DNA of 63,670 nt, counting the filler, from Stramenopiles sp. TOSAG23-2 (lineage: Eukaryota): the NCBI GenBank assembly GCA_900128395.1. It is 50 parts of 50 records of this genome, joined end to end, with 100 filler letters (N's around TTAATTAATTAA, not from the genome) between each part and the next. Parts side by side here need not be neighbours in the genome. Positions count along the whole stretch, not along the records: positions 34,612 to 35,784 come from LT653551.1; positions 35,885 to 37,057 come from LT653552.1; positions 37,158 to 38,330 come from LT653553.1; positions 38,431 to 39,602 come from LT653554.1; positions 39,703 to 40,873 come from LT653555.1; positions 40,974 to 42,144 come from LT653556.1; positions 42,245 to 43,414 come from LT653557.1; positions 43,515 to 44,684 come from LT653558.1; 42 more parts are not named here. One strand, 5' to 3'. The first letter of the stretch is position 1. The number at the start of each line of letters is the position of its first letter. The notes under the pieces were generated by a model. The model saw nothing but the letters and a program-made list of their open reading frames with translations, was not told the origin of the DNA and did no database searches. The position numbers and the translations under genes were made by a program. Positions 34,725-47,324 of this stretch are shown piece after piece.

Positions 34725-35784
34725 TTAAACAGAAGTTATTCCTCTTAATTCTTCGCGTAATAAAAAATACAAGACAATACCAATCGCGGAAGTTAACAAT
34801 CCAGACGCTTGCTTCATCTTTTCAAATGTCACTTTTGTGCCAAAGATTTTTGCAGCATTAAGATCATGTAATGATAGCCATTCTTTAAAACTTTCCCTTG
34901 GGAATTTTAAATTTAATATAACTTTTGCATTATTTAACAATGAAATTTTTTTGTCGATTCCAAACCCGACTAGGTTTTGCCAATGCATATAAAATCTGGC
35001 AGACATAAAGAACCTCAAATGCCGAGAAAAAAGAAAAAAACTAATGTTACTGCAAGACCGTATCCACTAGCAGCAAAAATCAGGAACAACAACAAAGCTA
35101 AAACATAATATCCTACTTGAAACGAATTAAATGTGTGTATTTCTTTATTTATTTCACCTATCCATTTCTCAGCTTGTTCCTGCTCATCTGCCAGTTGATC
35201 AATGGTTGACAGACCATTTTCTTCATCAGAAGTTTTATCTAAAATAACATTCTGTACATTTAGAAGATAACTTTTGATTTTTGCTTCATGCAACAATGAT
35301 ACTTGAGGTAACAGTTGCACAGATGCCATAACTATCATGGAAGGAACCCACACCAAATCTCCAATAATAGCTGCAGTGATGGTTATGATAAAAGTGTGAT
35401 CTCCTAACCTGCTTGTGTTCGCAAATGGCAACTGGAAAAAAACGAAGAAGCAAGGTAGAAGAATTAACATCATAGGAATCGACTGTAACATCATTGACCG
35501 TGCTCCATCACTTATTTCTTTTGTTTTTTTTTTGTCTTGTAAAAATATATCAAGGAAAACTCCTTTCGACATATCAGGTGTTAACATCATTGTGACATAA
35601 TTTCCTATCGTAAAAAAGAAACACAGTATGATGCCAACCGCCAATGAATTTGTAATTTGTGTCCAAACTGGAATACCACCAAGTTGGCCTAAGAAAGTAA
35701 GTACGAACGCCAATTTTTTATAACGTGTCCCAGAGTATTTAAGTGCAAATTGTAAAAATTTTGGCAAATCATCAAAACCGTTCA
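34725..35784 (-). CDS. Multi-pass membrane protein, gustatory-receptor-like/7TMIC candidate, with two frameshifts (5' partial)
   Basis: About 7 hydrophobic segments once one base is removed in each homopolymer (near 35035 and 34950). C-terminus KIFGTKVTFEKMKQASGLLTSAIGIVLYFLL. Confidence 0.55.
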
Positions 35785-35886
35785 NNNNNNNNNNNNNNNN
35801 NNNNNNNNNNNNNNNNNNNNNNNNNNNNTTAATTAATTAANNNNNNNNNNNNNNNNNNNNNNNNNNNNNNNNNNNNNNNNNNNNAT

Positions 35887-36087
35887 AATAATAATATTAC
35901 TGATGATAGTGGAATACAAAGTATTATTGATGGATTAAAAACAAACAATACATTAAATTACTTGTACCTATCTAATAATCGAAGACTTAGTCGTAATATG
36001 AAATCACAATTATATGCTATACAACAATACAAAAGAACCGGATCAAACGGGTATCAACAAGTGAAAGGGATGGATATATATAAATGA
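35887..36087 (+). CDS. C-terminus of an RNI-like leucine-rich repeat protein
   Basis: NNITDDSGIQSIIDGLKTNNTLNYLYLSNN. Confidence 0.7.
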   Translation, partial: NNNITDDSGIQSIIDGLKTNNTLNYLYLSNNRRLSRNMKSQLYAIQQYKRTGSNGYQQVKGMDIYK

Positions 36088-36559
36088 AAAAAGTATTACT
36101 TTAATAAACCATTTCGTTTTAAAAAAAAAAAATAATATTTCTTATTACTCACTCTCAATCCTCTTCTTCTAATTAAGGAAAAATCATTTTCCCCCTTCAT
36201 CCCTTTCTACCATCTAAAACGAATAACAAATCCATCCCGACACCTTCACCAATTCACACTTTTAAAACTCCTTATGTCGAACACCAATGCTATATGCATA
36301 CTAATCTACTTCACCGATCTACTATTTCCCCTTCTCTTTAACGACATTTCCAGCCTTAAATTTTCATCCAATCCCAACCCTGCTTCAAAACGCTTTCTTC
36401 TTGGGGCAGGGGTCCTCGCCTTCCACGGCGTTTGTAACTAATAACTAATATCATATTCCAAAGTAAAGTAAATAAATATAATAATCTTCTTCTGCATCTT
36501 ATACAAATCTCAAACCACCAAATTCATTAATAAACAATAAGTAAGCATATAAACGAAAA

Positions 36560-37057
36560 ATGGGTGGTGGAGGTGGTAGAACCACCTTTGGCTTTTACTT
36601 CGATGGATTTCCTTTAGACATATTATGCCATATTGCTAGTGCATTGGAAGCTATGGCTTTTCTATCAGTAGATTTCTATTACTTAAGACTATTTGAAATC
36701 AGTGCAATGTTTTTAATGGCAATATATAACATAGTTGTTTCCAAAAACTTCATGGACTGTCATTTTATATGGGCGTTAATACATCTTTCAATTCACAGCT
36801 ACCGAATTTGGGAAATTTTAAAAAAACGCATGGCAAGTAAATTAAGTGATGAGGATAAATCATTGTACGACGGAGAGTTTGATATTTTCAGTAAAGCTGA
36901 GTTTCAAGTTATTCGTCAAAAGTTTGAGTGGGTAACATTGCGTAAAGGTTTTGTTCTTTGTAGCCTTGGTAAAAAAAATCAATATTTATATTATATTACG
37001 GAAGGATTTCTCAATTTAGAAAATAAAGATGGGGATGTCTTTGGTAGCCCACAGCTA
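36560..37057 (+). CDS. Popeye-family membrane protein with a cNMP-binding domain (3' partial)
   Basis: Three TM segments (HIA...FL...YLR...W), then LYDGEFDIFSKAEF...LYYITEG. Confidence 0.75.
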
Positions 37058-37259
37058 NNNNNNNNNNNNNNNNNNNNNNNNNNNNNNNNNNNNNNNNNNN
37101 NTTAATTAATTAANNNNNNNNNNNNNNNNNNNNNNNNNNNNNNNNNNNNNNNNNNNNAAAATTTTTAAATTTACTCATGATAATTCCTATCATACTCTTC
37201 AAAAGAATACAACAACTGAGGCAATAATATATACGTATCTATCTCACACACGCGACACA

Positions 37260-38042
37260 TTACAACTTTTTAGCAAATACTAAGCAATAATTATCAGTCA
37301 ATTCTTCTAATTCAATTTCTTCAAGAAGTTCAAACCCAGCAGATTCAATTTCTTCTTGAAAAACTTCTTGTCCTGCTCTTAGATGTGCTAATGCCCATTT
37401 TGGATCTCTAGTTTTTAATTTAGCAGGATCACGATGAAAATCAACTAATACAACTATGGCTTCATCTTTTAATGTGTCATGGAGACTTCGCATAAAAGTA
37501 ATTGGATATTCAAAATGATGGTAAACATCGCAAATGAAGGCAGCATCAGCAATATTTTTATCTAACCTCGTTGACTTTGGTGTACATCGTGTGACATCAA
37601 CATTTTCAATGCCTTCACGTTTTACCCGCATGTCCATATGATATACAAACTTTGGAATAATATCAATTGCTTTAATAACACCAGTCTCACCAACTAACTC
37701 ACTAAAAATCGATAGAAACAATCCTGTCCCTGCTCCTACATCAACCACAGTATCACCTTTTCCTATATTATATTTTTTCAACACATTTGTTAATGGTACA
37801 GTTGCTCTAGCAATATCTCTAACGGTAGTATCTTCAAAACGACCACCGCCTCCACACGCACCGCCAGCAAAGTGTTTAATGGCATCAGATTTTAAAAACC
37901 TATTATTTGGTCCATTTGAACCATAGTGATCTTCATTAAATTTTACAGGTTCTTCTTGAAATTCTTTTGCATGTATATAAAAAGAACCAGCTGCACAAGC
38001 TGTAGAAGCAGCTACTAATGATGAAGCCAATTTTTTAAACAT
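37260..38042 (-). CDS. Class I SAM-dependent methyltransferase
   Basis: VVDVGAGTG, AIDI, AFICDVYHHFEYP; complete ORF. Confidence 0.9.
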   Translation of the reverse strand: MFKKLASSLVAASTACAAGSFYIHAKEFQEEPVKFNEDHYGSNGPNNRFLKSDAIKHFAGGACGGGGRFEDTTVRDIARATVPLTNVLKKYNIGKGDTVVDVGAGTGLFLSIFSELVGETGVIKAIDIIPKFVYHMDMRVKREGIENVDVTRCTPKSTRLDKNIADAAFICDVYHHFEYPITFMRSLHDTLKDEAIVVLVDFHRDPAKLKTRDPKWALAHLRAGQEVFQEEIESAGFELLEEIELEELTDNYCLVFAKKL

Positions 38043-39059
38043 TCTCTTGTCATAACTGTGTGTGTGTGTGTGTGTGTATGTAAGTAGTCTGTGTGCGTGT
38101 GTGTGTATGTGTGTGTGTCTTGTTTATTCTTCTTGGAAGGTCGAAGGTCTCTCATCGAACGAAGATCGAAGCGAAGAGGTCGGCCACACTTGTACTTTAC
38201 GTATACTATAATTATAATACTGCTAATTATCTATATAATATATAATACTGTATAATAATAATGAATAATGATATGTAATGCTTATAAGCTAAAGCTATCG
38301 TAGAATTATTACAAGTGTATCGATCAAAAGNNNNNNNNNNNNNNNNNNNNNNNNNNNNNNNNNNNNNNNNNNNNTTAATTAATTAANNNNNNNNNNNNNN
38401 NNNNNNNNNNNNNNNNNNNNNNNNNNNNNNTCTGGCTCCATAGTTGAAGAGATGCATCATCCATGTATTAAAACTAATGTGTGGAGGTGTATATAATGAA
38501 GTGTCACAGGAGAGAGACGTATTGTGTATCTCAAGTATAGTACGTTCGTACAAATATACTGTATATATAATATATATATCTAACATGATGCTCTGAATGA
38601 AGAGTGAGTTAATGAAAAAATTTTTTAATATTTATATAAAGCTATAAAAGTATATAACTTTAACTACAATTTACATCATTAAATTAGTATATGATTTAAG
38701 GGGTTATACAAATTATACGATTATACCTGTATACCTGTGGTAATACCAATACGAATCGTAGTCTAAGTAGTATAAATTAATATAAATTTTAAATAAATTA
38801 AATCATCTGGAAGTATCCTAAAATAACATAAGATGTTAGCAATGCTGTGTCTATGTTAGATGAAAGTATGACCGATTTCAAGAAATTTTCCTCGCGTCGT
38901 TACGGATTTAATAATTATATATATTGATTAAAATATTATATACATAATCATCAAACGTACACATTTATATTTTTATCTATATTAACAAATATAGTTATCA
39001 AATGTACACATTTATATATTTATCTATATTAACATATATCATACAATCAACCTTTAAAC

Positions 39060-39242
39060 ATGCCAAGAACAGCAAAAAAAGGAGCAAAAAGAAAGCCAAA
39101 GAAAACGGTTAAAAAGAAAAAGAAAAGGAAGAAGGGTAAGAAAAAAGACCCAAATGCACCAAAAAGAGCACAATCTGCATACTTTTTGTACATGGGTTCA
39201 GTACGTGATCAAGTACGTGCGGCATATCCAGAATACATGTAG
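39060..39242 (+). CDS. HMG-box protein (NHP6/HMGB-like), truncated after helix 1
   Basis: Basic N-terminus and KDPNAPKRAQSAYFLY...RDQV...YPE, then a stop. Confidence 0.75.
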   Translation: MPRTAKKGAKRKPKKTVKKKKKRKKGKKKDPNAPKRAQSAYFLYMGSVRDQVRAAYPEYM

Positions 39243-39804
39243 TGGAAAAAGTGTCAAAATATGAAAAAAATAATACTATTCATAATGGATATGTCTCTCT
39301 ATGTGTATATTTATTTCTTACGTTCGTATATATATACAAACTTATGAAATATCTCTCAAATTAAATTTGTTTGGTTTGTTTTTCTTTTTTTTTTTTTCTT
39401 TCACAAAGTTTAATTATCATTGTTGTCACACATATCACGCCATAAAACATTCATTCCCATTATACAACTTTTATATCATTAAAAATACTTTTTCCAGTTG
39501 GTCCCTGCTCGGAAACTTTTTTTAAACATTCAAAAACTTCATTTGCGCGTGCGGCACCATTAATTAAATAACTTCCATCAACAATCAAAGTAGGAATACT
39601 ATNNNNNNNNNNNNNNNNNNNNNNNNNNNNNNNNNNNNNNNNNNNNTTAATTAATTAANNNNNNNNNNNNNNNNNNNNNNNNNNNNNNNNNNNNNNNNNN
39701 NNATATATACATTAATACACTCATATTGTACATTGTATATTTCTCATATATATAGATAATATACAACACTACATAAAACCAAATATGAAAATATCCTTCA
39801 CTAG

Positions 39805-40607
39805 TATGGCTTCATCTTGTTGATTCTAATCACGACGAAAGTAACTTCGTAAATGATGAGATTCAAGAAGAAGGTGGCCACTTGGTTTATTATCGTGAAA
39901 TTGGTTCAAGTAGTGCATTTTTAGGCCAAGCAGAATCTATAGCACATTTTGGTTTAGGAAAATTAGATGTCGATGTGGTATACAAAATTGATGTGCGCTG
40001 GCCGGGGGACTCAACAAATACTACATTGTTTAATGTACCAATTAGAAACACAATTGTTATTAAACGAAATTTGGATAAAACTTCATATGTCCTCAAAAAT
40101 GCAATGGAAGATGTAATGACATGCTATGATCAAGTTGATTATATCAACAAAGAAATAGAAATGGAACCTAACTATGGAGAACTTGACATGAAAGGATCTG
40201 TGCTATCAGAACATGAAATACGATATAGAAGTGTAATGAAAAGTGATGACAATTTTGAGGCTGCTGTGAAAAACGATTTTTTCAAACTTCAATACACTTT
40301 ATCAAATGGCACAAAGTATAATTTGAATGTCAATGTAGAGACTTTAAAAGGTCAAAATGATCATACAACTCTCGAAAATAAGATAAACGATGATAAAGAG
40401 GTCGCTAAAGATAGAACGGCAAGTAGTAAATTGGAGAAAGTAAATATTGTCCAACGTTTACAACGACGGTATAGGCAAGCAGCGATGTTTTTTGAACAGA
40501 GAATGGAATCAGTCGATTCGATAATAGAAATTGCAAATTCCAAAGGTTTGAGCCGTGAAAAGTTTTTACAATTGATTGAGAAGAAATATCCTATGGCTAT
40601 TGCGTAA
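39805..40607 (+). CDS. ASPIC/UnbV-domain protein (CRTAC1-like), last exon
   Basis: YREIGSSSAFLGQAESIAHFGLG...IDVRWPG. Confidence 0.75.
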
Positions 40608-40974
40608 TCAGTTTTTCTACGTCCCGTATTTTTTTTATGCCGTATTAATTTTGAGAGAGAGGAATTTTATTGTTCTGAGCTTAAATGGACAATAAAATAT
40701 CATAGCATTATTTCTTTTTATTTAATTAAAAATATGATATAATTTAATTTTACGCATAAAATATAATTAATTTTAATTTGACGCATAATATGATGATGGT
40801 TTAAAATCTAAGTTATAAATATGATGGTTAAAATCTAAGTTATAATATTTTTACACTTCTCGTGTTAAAGTAANNNNNNNNNNNNNNNNNNNNNNNNNNN
40901 NNNNNNNNNNNNNNNNNTTAATTAATTAANNNNNNNNNNNNNNNNNNNNNNNNNNNNNNNNNNNNNNNNNNNNC

Positions 40975-41322
40975 CCAAAATCAACAAAACCATTAAATGG
41001 TTATGAGGACATGATGCAAGTTATTGGAAATGGTGGATTGGTACGTACTGTATTTCCAGTTTCTAAAAATTTAATTATTGGTTTACCAGTTTCAACCTTT
41101 GAGGCATTTCATGAAGCTGATATTGGACCGAATCGTACTGGATTTTCTACATCGTATTATACATATGATGATAAACGATATGTAGATAAATCGATCATTG
41201 CATGTCATGTATATCAAGCTGGATATGCATTAATACAATATACCGTATTAGATGGTACATCATTGAAATCTAAAAAGAATAATAATTATAATATTACAAA
41301 TGGATTATTGTTTGAAATGTGA
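40975..41322 (+). CDS. C-terminal fragment of an unknown protein
   Basis: Open from the contig edge to TGA, with coding-like composition. Confidence 0.5.
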   Translation, partial: PKSTKPLNGYEDMMQVIGNGGLVRTVFPVSKNLIIGLPVSTFEAFHEADIGPNRTGFSTSYYTYDDKRYVDKSIIACHVYQAGYALIQYTVLDGTSLKSKKNNNYNITNGLLFEM

Positions 41323-41627
41323 ATACGGTCCGTATAATAAATGGCCACATATATATGGACGAGCGAGATATTTAATTTATATTAATATTTACTTCGTACG
41401 TTCGTACGAAAGAGACGAATCCGTTAAAAAAAAATGTTTCATGAGTGTGTGTTTGAATGTGTGCATGTGAAAATATAAAAATATACTCTTTAAAATAGAT
41501 TTTGGGTATTTTTAGAGAAATTGTGTGTATGTTTGATAAAAATTTTTATATACGGAGGTTTATGATACATATATATATATCATATCATATCATATGATAC
41601 GAGAACGTCACTTTTCTATGCATAAAT

Positions 41628-42144
41628 TTACTTCCACCCAATTAAAACGTCTGATTTAGCGGATGCAATTAATCCAGGCATTGTACATAAACGTACTTGG
41701 TATCCAGCATTTTCAAATGCCCATTTATTTCTATCAATCCCAACAAGTGCACTAGCTGCTTCATAAAAATCTTTATCAGAAAATATTGTATGATCCGTAC
41801 CATAATATATACAGTTATTATTTTCTATTACTTTTTCTTGATTCGTATCATTTGATATAATCATACTTGTCGTGGATGCTGCTTGTAATATCATTTGCAA
41901 TGGATTATTATTATTATTATTATCATTAGTTGTTGAAAAAACAGATGAAAAATCTGCACTTGATGCAATATCAGAATACAATCCAATCTTCGTTGATTCT
42001 AAAATCTTCATAGTATTACTATTATTAATATCCGATATACTATTACTGCCACCACCACCACCCGTTGTTTTTAATTCTTCCTTTTTCATTTCCATAATAC
42101 GTTGATTTAATACAATTTCTAATTGATTACTTAACCATTCTGAA
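41628..42144 (-). CDS. GSTCD-like methyltransferase C-terminus
   Basis: LVGIDR...ENAGYQVRLCTM...SAKSDVLIGW resembles the GSTCD-family terminal motif. Confidence 0.6.
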
Positions 42145-42469
42145 NNNNNNNNNNNNNNNNNNNNNNNNNNNNNNNNNNNNNNNNNNNNTTAATTAATTAA
42201 NNNNNNNNNNNNNNNNNNNNNNNNNNNNNNNNNNNNNNNNNNNNTACGAGGAGATTAAAAAAAATACGCGTACGAACTCGTAAAAAATTGAAAAATACGC
42301 GTGTGTGTATATTTTATTTTTTAATTTAGAGAGAGAGTCATGTGTTTTCTTTCAAATATTTTATTTTTTGTTTTTTTTACAAATTAAGTCCATGTCGTAT
42401 ATACGAATGTTGGCTCTCCACTCTCCACACCGTGTTAATACACATCTTCAGTACGAGTATGATATTATT

Positions 42470-43414
42470 TTATAAAACAATCGCACCAACAATGCCACTT
42501 AATTTTGATACTTCATCCTCATCACAATCATCATTATGTTTACTACTATAATATTTATCATTATAATGTTTCCTTGTTCGGGTGTTCGATGAGTTATTGT
42601 TATTATTATTGTCATTATTATATTGATTCCGCCGTCTATTCATTTTTTCCATTTCTTTTTTTTGTCTACGAGCTTTTCGTTCCAACCGTTTTTGCTTTCT
42701 TTTTTCTGCGGCTGATATTTTCCATTCACCACCACCACCATCATCATCAATTTCTTCCACATTATTATGTTTTTCGTTTTGTTCATTATTATCATTTTCT
42801 TGATTTAATATTTTATATTTACAGACAGGTTCACCTGAATCAATATCACGTGCTCGCTTTACACTATTATAATGTTCGCCATCATGATACGATAAAATGA
42901 GCGTATCACAATCTTTTTCTACATTATTTTTTATAACATACATTGGTGCATCTAAATGATGTATTGTGATGTTGACACTGTACAACCTGGAACAAGCTGT
43001 TAATTCTATTTGTCCACCCCACTCTGCATCTTCCTTCATCTGCTCTACATAAGTTTCAAAATCCACATCATCTTCAACAAATGGTGCAAAATCATCTTTA
43101 CATTTAATTATATATTCTACAATAGCTTGCCTATAAGTATCATGATTGTTTTGGTCACCATCAAGTTGATCCGCAATAGCCCTAAATAGACAATTGCCAT
43201 CTGCCCTTACTTCTTGCATTGCTAAATCACTTTTTTTAAGTTGTTCTTGAAATTGCTATAAAAGATTATATGAAAAAAATTGTTAGTAAAGATTTCCAAT
43301 ATTATTATTATTGTAGGTATATATATATATATATGTATACATATAAACTTACATAAAATTCTTTAAAGTTACTGCTTTTATATGGTTTTTTTGTTTTTGA
43401 TTTATTCCCTCCTT
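42470..43414 (-). CDS. OTU deubiquitinase, OTUD3-like (5' partial; intron 43256-43352)
   Basis: DGNCLFRA, WGGQIEL, LSYHDGEHYNSV; GTAAGT...TAG intron. Confidence 0.92.
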
Positions 43415-43514
43415 NNNNNNNNNNNNNNNNNNNNNNNNNNNNNNNNNNNNNNNNNNNNTTAATTAATTAANNNNNNNNNNNNNNNNNNNNNNNNNNNNNN
43501 NNNNNNNNNNNNNN

Positions 43515-43566
43515 GTTTACGCTTTCTTTTACCATTTAATATTTCTGGTTTCTTTTCTGTTGACAT
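43515..43566 (-). CDS. 5' end of an unknown gene (MSTEKKPEILNGKRKRK)
   Basis: ATG with an open frame to the contig edge, divergent from RPS11. Confidence 0.35.
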
Positions 43567-44617
43567 AATATTCGTTGATACTATTACTACTACTTTGTAT
43601 GTATTTCTACACTATATATATATTAATCTAGACTTCTGTAACTGTAAACACGCACAACCATACACACACACATACACGCATACGCACACACACACAATGT
43701 TCTTATATATTTTCGAACAAATGACTAACACTATCATGCAACATGGTACAGATCGATGGACACTGAAATCTAATATTAGTGATGGCGACGTGGAAGTTGT
43801 TTGCGAACATTTTAATAATTTCTTCTTTCATCATTTTCCGCCTTCGCACCGAAAACCGTATTCTAATTTATTATCAAGTATAATGACTTGGCACAAGTTG
43901 AGTTACTTTCTATTTAATATTTAATCCTATTGCCCACTATAAGTTCACTAATAATTGTTGATAGGGGAAAAGGCATCAACTCGCCAACTCCCATCCAGCC
44001 AAATTCATCGTTTTATATGGTCACACCATTGCATCTATAAACTACGCTCTGAGTTTAGGCTTACCTAGTGCTATTTTACTCCCTGAAAATAGTATTGACT
44101 GTAGTACTCCGATACTGTATACCTGGTATGGCGGCTAAGTTAAAGTTGAGAGTTTTATTTTTTTTCTAGTACAATTGACTATTTGAAGTAGTACAACCAA
44201 CATCCAACATTCCCTATCACTAAGGTACTACAGTATATAGGAGATGACAAGAAGGTAACTCTAAGTTATTTATATACTTAAAGGTATTACATCAAGCCTA
44301 ATACAAAAGTTAGTTTTGAACATAATACCACGTACACACCATTGTGTAGCATCAATACAGCACTACAGATCCACCAAAACCAGTCAATTCTTCAAATCGT
44401 TCAATTGATCTTGCCAGGCTTGTATTACATCAAAATAACACTACACACTATTGATAAACACAAAATAAATAGACCACAAAATACAAGAAAAAAACAAAAA
44501 TTATTTTATATTTTACATATAGATCTATAGTAAAAGTAGAATAGAAAGAAACATAAATATACATTAACAAATAGTAACTATATATATATATATAAAGAAC
44601 CGATAACTAAAACAATC

Positions 44618-44684
44618 ATGGCAGAACAAACAGAAAAAGCATTCCAAAAGCAAGACGCAGTCTTCGTTGGTAAAAAAGCATCTT
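44618..44684 (+). CDS. RPS11: 40S ribosomal protein S11 (uS17), N-terminus
   Basis: MAEQTEKAFQKQDAVFVGKK matches the eukaryotic RPS11 start. Confidence 0.85.
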
Positions 44685-44784
44685 NNNNNNNNNNNNNNNN
44701 NNNNNNNNNNNNNNNNNNNNNNNNNNNNTTAATTAATTAANNNNNNNNNNNNNNNNNNNNNNNNNNNNNNNNNNNNNNNNNNNN

Positions 44785-45539
44785 CTACCATTTTCATCAT
44801 GACAATTTGCTTTTCCACTTTTTGAACGTATAAGTGCAATGATCTCTTGGCGAATTGGACTACTATTATGATATGCCCAGTCCAGGGGAGTGTATCCCAA
44901 CCCCTTCTTATTAATATTATCAAGAGTCATATGATCTACTAATAATAGAATCAACTCAGTATTCGTTCTGTTAAAAAATGCTGCTAAATGTAATGCATTC
45001 CATCCATCACTATTTGCAATATTAGGATCAGCTTCACATTGCTCAATTAAATATTCAACTAGTTGGCAATGTTCGTTCCTTGCTGCCATCATTAAAGATG
45101 TACATGGACCACCACGACTATTTGTACCGTGTTGATTCACCATTTCTTTCAATGTCATATTACCTTCTTTCACACCGTTCATTTCAATATATTTATGAAA
45201 ACGGTGTAAATTTACAAATAATTCCACATCATTCATACGTACATGTTCACATGCACACATCAATGCCGACCTCCCTTCAAACTCTTTTCCATATCTTCGA
45301 TATAGCTCATACAACTGTTTTGGTTTACTTATCGCTTCACTTACACACTCATTAAAACTTGCATGTCCTAAATTTTTCACTAAACAAGACTCACTCATTT
45401 TTAATATAGATTTAATATTTAAAAATTTTAAAATATTTTTAAACAAACCTGGTATACCACATATATCGTATATGTTTTTAATTTCATCATGGTCATCGTC
45501 CTTCACTTTTTTTCGTTGTTTTATACTTCTTGATGCCAT
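44785..45539 (-). CDS. Ankyrin repeat protein with a possible F-box-like N-terminal segment
   Basis: GRSALMCACE, TSLMMAARNEH, GWNALHLAA, GYTPLDWAY. Confidence 0.85.
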
Positions 45540-46099
45540 CTTGTATATATATATACGTATATATATATTGTGATATCTATAGTTCAACATTATTCTATTA
45601 TATATTTGTTTAGTTCAAATTCAATTGATAAAACCCTCGACTGGCCGGAGAGGAAAAGCGAAGAAAGGAACGACACAAGACACGGCTGCACGTGAGAAAA
45701 GACGTAGAGGGAAAGAGAGAGTGAAAAAACATTTGAAAACTATGAATAAAGTTTAATATTTAATGAAATGAACAAACATGCATATAATATTTTTACTCCA
45801 TTCGACACCTGGAAACTCTCTTTAGTAAACCGGGGGATGATTTAAAAACGAATTTGATGTAGTACGCTAATCACACTTGCTCCAACAATTGAAAAATTAT
45901 ATATATCGTACTTCAGTGTATATTTTCAAATTATGTAAATGTATGACGATGATCNNNNNNNNNNNNNNNNNNNNNNNNNNNNNNNNNNNNNNNNNNNNTT
46001 AATTAATTAANNNNNNNNNNNNNNNNNNNNNNNNNNNNNNNNNNNNNNNNNNNNGAAGTAAGAAACAAAAACGTGTATTATAGGTTTTCCCATTATAAA

Positions 46100-47023
46100 A
46101 TGGCAACGTTGACGACAGATAATACATCAAATATTAAACCTGTATATGTATGTAAAGCCAGTATACAAGGAAGAAGGCCACATCAAGAAGATAGAATTTT
46201 TTGTTGTAATATTATTAATGAATTTAAAAAAGAATTTTTATGCAGTTGCTTAAATAAATGTAGTAGATTGTCACTTTTTCTTGTGTGTGATGGACATGCC
46301 GGCGCGAGAGCGGCTCAATTTTGTTGTGATAATATTATTAAGAAATTTTGGGAAGCAACGGCATCTATCGGTGTAAATTCTGGGACTATTGATATTTTAA
46401 ACATTGAAAGCTTAAAACTAAACTTGAAGTCCATATTAGAATTGACAGTTACAATGTTAGATAAAGATTACTTATGTCGCGCAAAAGGTACAAAAGAAAA
46501 AGATGGCTCTTGTATAACAGCTGCTTTACTTTTAAATAATCATTTTTTCTTTCTAAATGTAGGCGACTGTCGTGCAATGCGTGTAAATAAAGGCTCTATA
46601 AACCAAATAACAAGAGATCATCAACCTGGGTTAAATAAGAAAGAAGATAAACGAGTTCTTGATGCAGGTGGTAAAATTTCAGATAGTCGTAATGATAAAC
46701 GTGTTCTAGCAAAAGGAATGCGAATGGCAATTACTAGAGCTATTGGTGATAGATTATTAAAGCCATCAATAATAATATGCAATCCAGATTTATTTTATGT
46801 GCAAGTAACGCCAGATTTGCAATTTATTATCTTGTGTTCAGATGGAATAACGTCCCGTATGACAAATAAACATGTACTTGAAACTTTGAAGAAATCTAAA
46901 ATGAAAATGAAAGGTATGCAAACTAAAACCAATCGAATTAATTATGCAAAAGACTTGGTAGATTTCTCATATAGTAAAGGGAGTATGGATAATATTTCAG
47001 CTTTAGTTTTGGAAATGTTGTAA
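46100..47023 (+). CDS. Protein phosphatase 2C (PPM family)
   Basis: QGRRPHQED, VCDGHAG, NVGDCRA, AITRAIGD, ILCSDGI, GSMDNIS. Confidence 0.95.
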   Translation: MATLTTDNTSNIKPVYVCKASIQGRRPHQEDRIFCCNIINEFKKEFLCSCLNKCSRLSLFLVCDGHAGARAAQFCCDNIIKKFWEATASIGVNSGTIDILNIESLKLNLKSILELTVTMLDKDYLCRAKGTKEKDGSCITAALLLNNHFFFLNVGDCRAMRVNKGSINQITRDHQPGLNKKEDKRVLDAGGKISDSRNDKRVLAKGMRMAITRAIGDRLLKPSIIICNPDLFYVQVTPDLQFIILCSDGITSRMTNKHVLETLKKSKMKMKGMQTKTNRINYAKDLVDFSYSKGSMDNISALVLEML

Positions 47024-47138
47024 AATTGTATGCGTGTATTTAAAAAAATCATTCGCTGTAGGCGCAATTAATAATAATGTACGAAGTCGTATTTTAGTAC
47101 TGAGCGTATGAGCGTATGTCTTATACTATCTTGGTATT

Positions 47139-47224
47139 TTACTTCCTCATCATTTGCTTCAATTCCGCAATCCTCTCTTCACTTTTACTCAACTTCGGCG
47201 TAATACCAAACTTTTTCAATGCAT
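47139..47224 (-). CDS. 3' end of an unknown convergent gene
   Basis: ALKKFGITPKLSKSEERIAELKQMMRK-stop from the contig edge. Confidence 0.4.
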
Positions 47225-47324
47225 NNNNNNNNNNNNNNNNNNNNNNNNNNNNNNNNNNNNNNNNNNNNTTAATTAATTAANNNNNNNNNNNNNNNNNNNN
47301 NNNNNNNNNNNNNNNNNNNNNNNN

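Noticed and set aside
36150..36440. Pyrimidine-skewed open stretch upstream of the Popeye gene as a CDS
   Set aside because: No convincing start or motif; the composition fits promoter or UTR sequence.
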